Below, in pieces: positions 8,743 through 14,838 of a DNA stretch of 64,000 nucleotides. The notes under the pieces are model-generated. The model was not told where the DNA came from. It searched no databases and saw nothing but the letters and a program-made list of their open reading frames with translations. A program made the translations under genes and the position numbers. Position 1 is the first letter of the stretch, and every line of letters begins with the position of its first letter. Origin of the DNA: an uncultured virus (IMG/VR IMGVR_UViG_2061766007_000671) (lineage: Duplodnaviria > Heunggongvirae > Uroviricota > Caudoviricetes); IMG/VR virus record IMGVR_UViG_2061766007_000671; one strand, 5' to 3'.

Positions 8743-8773
8743 CCATAGGGAATAAAATCGGAAAATTCGGACA
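8743..8773 (-). promoter_or_regulatory. bipartite phage promoter motif copy 5
   Basis: CCATAGGGAA 8743-8752 and TCGGACA 8767-8773. Confidence 0.8.
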
Positions 8774-8859
8774 GTAAATCTGTAACAAATGTTTACAGAT
8801 TTTGGGATGATACCCATCAAAGCCGCCCACGCGCACGTCGGCGGCTTTAGTTGATACCA

Positions 8860-8994
8860 TCACGCGAGGGACAGGATGTTGTCCCCGTAGATGCCGCGCA
8901 GGGTGCGCATGGCGGCCTTGCGGGTGCGTCCCCATTCTGTGCGCGGGAACACCTCCCCGTTTTTAAGATGAACCATGATTGTGTGGATTTTCAT
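8860..8994 (-). CDS. 44-aa basic hypothetical protein
   Basis: GAGGAGG RBS; MKIHTIMVHLKNGEVF... Confidence 0.55.
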   Translation of the reverse strand: MKIHTIMVHLKNGEVFPRTEWGRTRKAAMRTLRGIYGDNILSLA

Positions 8995-9053
8995 ATGATG
9001 ACCTCCTCATAAGATTGCAGGCGCGACGTTCCGCGCCGCGCCTGTGCAGATTT

Positions 9054-9734
9054 TCAGTGCTCTTTGCAATAGACGGTCTCGCCTGCTACGCAACCTCTGT
9101 GCAGATTTTTACACACGTCGCAGTTGCCCGGGCAGTAAAACCCGGCGGGCGGAGTCTCGTCTTTGAACACGACCCGGAACTCGGGCATGCCGTGCGGGTT
9201 TTCCATTGGCATGCCGCGCCACTCGGAAAACATCACGGTGAAGTTTTCCGGGAGCGCGCCGTGCTCGTCAATCCATGTGTTCACGATGCCGTACATTTTT
9301 GTGTACGTCCAGAACACAAAATCGGGATGCGCCCGCGCGATTTTTACCATGCGGTCGAAATAGTCGCCGTCGATGATGTCGCCCGCGACGTGCCAGCGGA
9401 AAAACTTGTTTTTCCGCCGCCGGGATATCGCGTCATCAATCCGGGCAAAAAACCCGTCGCGATCTTTTCGCAGGACGGTAAAGTTTCGCATGCGCGCGTC
9501 GATTACCGTGCCCGGATACTGGGCGCATGCTTTGATGTCGTAGCAAATTTTCATGCATTCTTTGCAATTGCCGCACGACATCACGGGCATATGCGAGACG
9601 TTCATCACGCGCCCGATTTTACGATTGCCTCCGCTGATGCAAAGCGGGATGTCTCGCGCGTCGAGCCTTTCAAGCTCCGCGCCGCGCTCGCGCGCTTTTT
9701 TCATCACGCGCCGCAGTGTTTCGATTGAGTACAT
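9054..9734 (-). CDS. GP88-family (radical-SAM-like, Cys-rich) protein
   Basis: GNRKIG, SCGNCKECMKICY, FRWHVAGDI, FWTYTK and CPGNCDVC motifs; start MYSIETL after GGAGG. Confidence 0.7.
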   Translation of the reverse strand: MYSIETLRRVMKKARERGAELERLDARDIPLCISGGNRKIGRVMNVSHMPVMSCGNCKECMKICYDIKACAQYPGTVIDARMRNFTVLRKDRDGFFARIDDAISRRRKNKFFRWHVAGDIIDGDYFDRMVKIARAHPDFVFWTYTKMYGIVNTWIDEHGALPENFTVMFSEWRGMPMENPHGMPEFRVVFKDETPPAGFYCPGNCDVCKNLHRGCVAGETVYCKEH

Positions 9735-9789
9735 TCGATTGCCTCCAATCAATCTGTTTTCCTCGCCCGGAGCAGGCCNNNNNNNNNNC

Positions 9790-11001
9790 TCCGCGCTCCG
9801 CGCGTCCGACCTCGATGGCCTCCGCGCCATCCGCCCGGAGGCCGTCGCCGACCTCGTCGCCGCCGCCGTCTCCCGCGCCATCGACCGCCGCGAGGCGGAG
9901 ACCGGGCGCGACGGTCGCGCCCTCCGCGCCCGGTACGCCTCGACCCGGGTCACGCTGTCCGAGACCATGAACGCCGACGCCATCGGCGAGGCCTGCGCCG
10001 TCCTGCTCGAGATGATGACCCCGGGCGGATGGATTGACGGCGAGGCCGTCGCGATGACCGACCGGGAGACGGGCGACCCCGTCGCCGTCGCCCGCCGAGA
10101 CCTCCCGCTTGCCTACGTCGCCGCCATCGCCGCCGGGCGCGGCCTCGACCGTGTGATGTACGCCGACGGCGGACACGCCGTCAAGATGACCGCCCGGGAG
10201 GCTCGGGAGAGCTACGACCGCGCCGCCCGGGAGGCCGTCAAGACCCGCGCCCGCCTCGAGGCCGCCGGGGAGGAAGTCCCGGAGCAGGTCGCCCGCCTCG
10301 CCGAGATGGCGGAGGCCGCCGAGGTCGCCGACCTCCTCGCCGCCGAGGCCGCCGCCCGCCCGGATGACCGGGAGGCCGCCCGCCTCGCTCGCGTCGCCCG
10401 CTCCGAGTATCTCGCCTCCTCCGCCGCCGTCGCCGCCCGGATGACTCCGAGCGAGACCCGCCGCACGGTTGACCCGGTCGCGCCCTCCCCGGAGGCCGCC
10501 GCCATCTCGGCGGAGACCGTCGCCGCCATCCTCTCGGAGGTCTCGCCCGCCTACGTCTCCGCCGCCGTCGCCATCGCCCGAGAGGTATACCGGGGAGCGA
10601 CGACCGCCGACGGCCTCGCGAATGTCGCCGAGGCCGCCCGCCTCGCGGGAATCCCGGAGCGGAAAGCTCGCCGGGCATGGGAGGCCGTCAAGGCCGCCGC
10701 CGCCATCGCCCGAGAGGAAGACCGCGCCGAGGCCGTCGAGATGGCGAGGAAGACCCGCGCCGACGGTCGCCGCGCCGCCGTCCGCCTCCACCGGGAGAGC
10801 GTCGCCGCCGCCGCCGAGGCCGCCCGCCTCGCCGGGATGGAGCTTGACCGGGAGGCCTCCCCGGAGGCCGTCGCGATGTGGGGAGAGGTCGCCCGGAGGA
10901 CTCGCCCGGAGCGCCTCGCCGCCGTCGCCCGGATGACTCCCGCCGACCTCGCCGCCCTCCGCGACCTCGCCCGCGCCGTCTTCCTCGCCGCCGCCGAGTA
11001 A
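9790..11001 (+). CDS. GC-rich Ala/Arg/Glu-rich protein, candidate divergent sigma-70/ECF-like factor (5' end lost in gap)
   Basis: 403 open codons with strong GCC/GAG/CGC/GTC/CTC bias; region-2-like DAIGEACAVLLEM, linker PSPEAAAISAETVAAILSEVSP, HTH-like VAEAARLAGIPERKARRAW. Confidence 0.55.
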   Translation, partial: SALRASDLDGLRAIRPEAVADLVAAAVSRAIDRREAETGRDGRALRARYASTRVTLSETMNADAIGEACAVLLEMMTPGGWIDGEAVAMTDRETGDPVAVARRDLPLAYVAAIAAGRGLDRVMYADGGHAVKMTAREARESYDRAAREAVKTRARLEAAGEEVPEQVARLAEMAEAAEVADLLAAEAAARPDDREAARLARVARSEYLASSAAVAARMTPSETRRTVDPVAPSPEAAAISAETVAAILSEVSPAYVSAAVAIAREVYRGATTADGLANVAEAARLAGIPERKARRAWEAVKAAAAIAREEDRAEAVEMARKTRADGRRAAVRLHRESVAAAAEAARLAGMELDREASPEAVAMWGEVARRTRPERLAAVARMTPADLAALRDLARAVFLAAAE

Positions 11002-11021
11002 ATCCCGCCGCTGTCCTATAA

Positions 11022-11045
11022 AAGGCCCTCCCGCCGGAGGGCCTT
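11022..11045 (+). terminator. GC-rich hairpin after the GC-rich ORF
   Basis: AAGGCCCTCC-CGCC-GGAGGGCCTT; weak U tract. Confidence 0.5.
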
Positions 11046-11475
11046 CCCCATGCCCTATATATGACTATATACTCATATGAGAATACCTATATATGAGTAT
11101 CTATTTATATGTATATATAATAATATGTCATTATATTCATATGACCATGTCCGCATATAATGGTATGAGAGCATGCTATTGATTGAGCGCGTCCTTTTTA
11201 GCACTCGCTCCCGGAGATTGCCAGTCTATACGATACCATGCTATTAATTGCATGCTATCAATAGCTTGCTTTCGGTATGCCCGCCGGGAGGCCCGCCGCC
11301 CGAGCCGTCATTACATGTATAAAGACGGCTCGAGGCGGTCACCTCCCCCCAGTTTCGGAATCGAATGTACATATGATCATGTGTTCTCCCCGGCGGCACT
11401 TCCCAAATCACAACTATTTCAAAAAATGATCTATAGGGTTGGTGGTGGCGGAATAGGGAAAAATTGGTGAAGTGC

Positions 11476-11505
11476 TTGACAAGTATAGGTGGTGCATGGT
11501 ATTAT
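11476..11505 (+). promoter_or_regulatory. sigma-A promoter for the ncRNA locus
   Basis: TTGACA-18-TATTAT with extended TG. Confidence 0.65.
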
Positions 11506-11668
11506 GCCCCGCCAATAAGGGATGTGCTGGGACGCATCATTGGTGGAATCTCCTTTCTGAACAGGGTATAGCCCCTGGTGGTTTATCGGCATGGGCTGCC
11601 GGGGGCGGTACTCATAACAGGTAGGGGTAAAAAAAATTTGCGCGGTCGCTTCGCGACATAGAGTATAA

Positions 11669-11740
11669 GCCGGAGTAGCATAGGGGGAAGTGCGCCGCTC
11701 TTTTAATGCGGATACGCGGGTTCGATTCCCGTCTCTGGTT
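11669..11740 (+). tRNA. tRNA-Lys(TTT), atypical, no encoded CCA
   Basis: Cloverleaf GCCGGAG/CTCTGGT, GCAT/GTGC, CCGCT-CTTTTAA-TGCGG, GCGGG-TTCGATT-CCCGT. Confidence 0.75.
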
Positions 11741-11771
11741 GATCCTGCGCAGGGATTATGTGGGCGAGTCG

Positions 11772-12354
11772 GCTGCCTTATTAACGTCGGCCTGCGGAGA
11801 TAGCGACCACTCCGCCGCAGCTCAGAAAGTTCAGGGTGAAATAAAAGGAGACGCCCTGGCAGATGGCAAGTTCGCAATAGTCTGCCGAAGCAAACTGCGG
11901 CGGGGNNNNNNNNNNNNNNNNNNNNNNNNNNNNNNNNNNNNNNNNNNNGCCCTTTATAGTTTATTTTCCGTGGACACGGCGCGCTATATGCGCTATGAAG
12001 TCGGATTGGGTAGGAAGTCCTGAACGATCCCGGTCAAGCCCCGATTGTCTAATTGCGGGTATGAGGATTATCCAAAAGCGGGGCATCTTCCTCCGTGGGA
12101 ACTACGTCAGTGCCAACAATATGGGGCAGAGCCACCCGGCATTACGGGAGGACACATCAGGCGACGGGGACATTTCCTCGAAGAGCCAAAGGGGTGCGAG
12201 ACCCCGCTGCCCCTATAGAAACGAAAGAGCATAGTAGGGGCTTCGGCCATGTGTTCTTGCATAGGGCGGGCGTCGGGGCTTGCCCTTAGTTCTCGCAATC
12301 GCCAATCTGCTGTGTGCGCTACCGACAGGCGGCACGAGCGGTGCGGCGACCGCT
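11772..12354 (+). ncRNA. large ornate structured RNA (ROOL/GOLLD-like candidate)
   Basis: Long-range 5'/3' closing helices and many internal helices with G-U pairs favouring the + strand; follows a tRNA; no credible ORF; followed by a terminator; family not verified. Confidence 0.7.
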
Positions 12355-12392
12355 TCTTCTGATTCCTTTCCTTTCTTCATTTGGTTGCCTCC

Positions 12393-12449
12393 ATCGGGGA
12401 ACGCTCATCGCTTCGGCGGTGGGCGTTCTTCGATTTACTCTTTACTTTT
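12393..12449 (+). terminator. intrinsic terminator
   Basis: 19-bp stem with C-TTCG-G loop then T-rich tail. Confidence 0.7.
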
Positions 12450-12873
12450 ACGCGCGTATGTGATATAAAATAAGAGCAGGGCAAGCGCGGGCGGCGCAAG
12501 CTCTGTTGGTTTGGTCTGCGGGTTCGTGGTGGTTCCCGCAGGTCTCAATTCGGTGCAGGAGTTTTATTTTTTTCTCCTGCGGCGGGGCGCTCGTCACTAC
12601 GGTGGCGGGCGTCTTTCGCATTCACCGTAGCTCACCGTCACCTACCGTGCGCCATCGCGTCGGCTATGGGTCGGCTACGCATCGGCATATTCTCTCCAGC
12701 AGTTACACTTTTCCTATAATTACTGGAGAAAATACGGCACTCCCCCCTGGGTTTCAAAATCTAAAGTGACAGTTTGGATCGGCATTTTCGGATGCCGATT
12801 TTTAATTTTCAAATAATTTTTCGGCTTCGCCGAATAAAGATAGCGCCGGTTCCCCTCATCCCCTTGACATGGG

Positions 12874-12882
12874 TGTTATAAT
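12874..12882 (+). promoter_or_regulatory. extended -10 promoter (TGnTATAAT)
   Basis: 30 nt upstream of ATG 12912. Confidence 0.5.
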
Positions 12883-12911
12883 GCTCCGTTTCATAGGGGG
12901 TGTAAGAATCG

Positions 12912-13211
12912 ATGGCGATCCGCAAGATTGATCTCATGCACAGGCAGTTTGGATTCAGCCCAGGTCACAAGTGCCAGTACTGCGATAACCTGATTGTGCA
13001 GCAGGCGAACCGCCGATACTACAAGTGCGAGGTGTACGGCGTGACAGACAGCGAAGCGAGCGACTGGCGTTTGTCCTACGATGCCTGCGGTATGTACAAC
13101 AGGGTATACAACGGCAACCCGGTCATCCGCATGGTACGTCCGTGGCCTGTGCCTGAATCACCGCTTCCCGGACAGGAATCATTATTTAGAGAGGAGATAA
13201 CCAATGAATGA
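12912..13211 (+). CDS. Cys-containing hypothetical protein
   Basis: CQYC...KCEVYG...DW...ACG motif. Confidence 0.7.
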   Translation: MAIRKIDLMHRQFGFSPGHKCQYCDNLIVQQANRRYYKCEVYGVTDSEASDWRLSYDACGMYNRVYNGNPVIRMVRPWPVPESPLPGQESLFREEITNE

Positions 13212-13527
13212 GGTAGTACCCGATTGGCTGCACCGCGAGGACACCACAAGGGCGTCAGGCACGGCGCTCCCAAACACAATCATCGGCGTAGATAACGCAG
13301 AGTTGAGTGCGCTGCGCCGCACTGTCGATCTCCTGCAAGAAGAGAATCGAACACTCAAAGCCGAAAACGCCACGCTGCGAGAGAAGAGCATGACCAATTT
13401 TGATCGCCTGCAAGCGGCCAACACCCCAGAGGATGCCGCAAACTTAATCAACTACAATCTGTTCACGAGAGTCGTGAACATAAACTATGCGTCCGTCCTC
13501 AAATGGCTCAAATCGAGGGACTCATAA
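13204..13527 (+). CDS. coiled-coil hypothetical protein
   Basis: GAGGAG RBS; overlap coupling. Confidence 0.65.
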   Translation: MNEVVPDWLHREDTTRASGTALPNTIIGVDNAELSALRRTVDLLQEENRTLKAENATLREKSMTNFDRLQAANTPEDAANLINYNLFTRVVNINYASVLKWLKSRDS

Positions 13528-13730
13528 TGACTGAGCAGGATAAAGAAATCCAAGAACTGCGCCAGAGGGTAAAAAAAATAGAGGGTCGGCTAAAAGCCGC
13601 CCTCTCTGATCTGGTGTATGTTCTCAATCAGCACAGCCTATGTGAGATTTGTGAGTATAGGGACGCAGACTGTGAGCCTGATGGTGGGAATTGCGTACCA
13701 AGGTATAGGGGGAACAATGTCGAAGACTAA
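13527..13730 (+). CDS. small Cys-rich hypothetical protein
   Basis: TAATG coupling; CEIC...C...C. Confidence 0.6.
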   Translation: MTEQDKEIQELRQRVKKIEGRLKAALSDLVYVLNQHSLCEICEYRDADCEPDGGNCVPRYRGNNVED

Positions 13731-13974
13731 CCCAAGGCGCATACCGCGATCCCAGGCGGATGTAGACAAGGCGTTCCGTGACGGCGCTGCCATGACGATG
13801 GAGCTGATGATCTTCACGCTCGGCACAGACATGGATATGCCGGACGAGTGGCTTGATAAGTACCACGAGCGCTTCATGGCGCACCTCAAGGCGCTGAACG
13901 CCGGATACATCACCATTGATGATCTGCATAACACAACATACCAAGAGAAAGGATGGGAGACAGTATTAGCATGA
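13717..13974 (+). CDS. hypothetical protein
   Basis: Start MSKTNPRRIP after GGGGGA. Confidence 0.65.
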   Translation: MSKTNPRRIPRSQADVDKAFRDGAAMTMELMIFTLGTDMDMPDEWLDKYHERFMAHLKALNAGYITIDDLHNTTYQEKGWETVLA

Positions 13975-14315
13975 CCGACAAAGAACCAGATACCATTGAA
14001 CTGTGGAACATGGCTGTGATAAACCCGAAGCGGTGGAAGCCTTGGTACACTGTGTTCTATGTGGACTGTCAGCAGTTCCTGTCGTTCAACGCTTTCGATA
14101 AATATGGCGTTAGGCCGTTCTGGATGCAGTTCTATGAAAGCGATAACGTAAAGTATGTCGGCATCATGTGCCGGGTCTGGAAGCGCCAGCTCGATGATTT
14201 TCTTGACTGCATGAACGATATGCAGCGCAATATGCTTATCTGCGGTTATACCGACTACGAGGAGTTCTGCCGGGAGCTGGAAAGCAAGATGGACGAGGAA
14301 GACGCCTATGAATGA
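13971..14315 (+). CDS. hypothetical protein
   Basis: ATGA coupling. Confidence 0.65.
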   Translation: MTDKEPDTIELWNMAVINPKRWKPWYTVFYVDCQQFLSFNAFDKYGVRPFWMQFYESDNVKYVGIMCRVWKRQLDDFLDCMNDMQRNMLICGYTDYEEFCRELESKMDEEDAYE

Positions 14316-14514
14316 CAGAGAACTGCAAGCCGCAGCCGTCGGCATTATCACCTACTGCTCCATTTTACAGACAGGTGAGCCACCGAAACTTGACGAGGAA
14401 AACCAGATCATTGAAACCGCAGCCATTCTCGAAAATGAAATCCTCGAAGCGACTTTAGAAATCCTTTCCGAAGCAGAACTGGATGGCTTGGAACTGTACG
14501 AGGCGCAAGAATAA
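14308..14514 (+). CDS. acidic hypothetical protein
   Basis: Overlap coupling. Confidence 0.55.
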   Translation: MNDRELQAAAVGIITYCSILQTGEPPKLDEENQIIETAAILENEILEATLEILSEAELDGLELYEAQE

Positions 14515-14718
14515 AATAAAAAGACCCGACCTCATGATTAGGCCGGGCCTTATTTTTTCCCCATATTTTTCCCCATATTGGGGTCTATTTGGAAAGTCGT
14601 TTGTGCAATATTTCAATTGTGCCAAATCTTTTCCCATATTTTCCCCATACGATAATTGACTATTTTTGACTATTTTTGACACTATCCATTGTATGTTTTG
14701 CCATATGCGAATAAATAG

Positions 14719-14755
14719 AAAAAACCCTGTAACCATTGAGATTACAGGGTTTTTT
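14719..14755. terminator. bidirectional terminator downstream of the tRNA fragment
   Basis: AAAAAACCCTGTAA...TTACAGGGTTTTTT. Confidence 0.75.
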
Positions 14756-14758
14756 AAG

Positions 14759-14803
14759 TGGAGCTGGATGCGAGACTCGAACTCGCGACCTCATGATTAC
14801 GAA
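14759..14803 (-). other. attP core = 3' half of tRNA-Thr(CGT)
   Basis: Minus strand TTCGTAATCATGAGGTCGCGAGTTCGAGTCTCGCATCCAGCTCCA (anticodon loop, T arm, CCA); no matching 5' half. Confidence 0.85.
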
Positions 14804-14838
14804 GCGTGAGGTGCGACCGCCATACCCATTGATATCAC

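Noticed and set aside
1991..8773. Repeats as a CRISPR array or integron attC sites
   Set aside because: Kilobase irregular spacing, variable interior, no palindromic structure, no cas or intI gene
9670..10791. 373-aa antisense ORF over the GC island
   Set aside because: Gly/Asp-rich shadow of the GCC/GTC/CTC-biased + frame; no RBS
11741..11775. HDV-like theta ribozyme behind the CCA-less tRNA
   Set aside because: The trailer forms a simple hairpin; the nested HDV topology could not be built
12008..12120. RNase P-like (GGAAGTCC, AGTGCCA) and group I intron-like (AATTGCGGG) words in the large RNA
   Set aside because: The other conserved regions of those families were not found and no interrupted gene flanks the element
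12864..12882. Perfect TTGACA and TATAAT as a -35/-10 pair
   Set aside because: Spacer is only 7 nt; kept only as an extended -10
14759..14830. Complete tRNA-Thr(CGT) gene
   Set aside because: 5' half absent; it is the attP core
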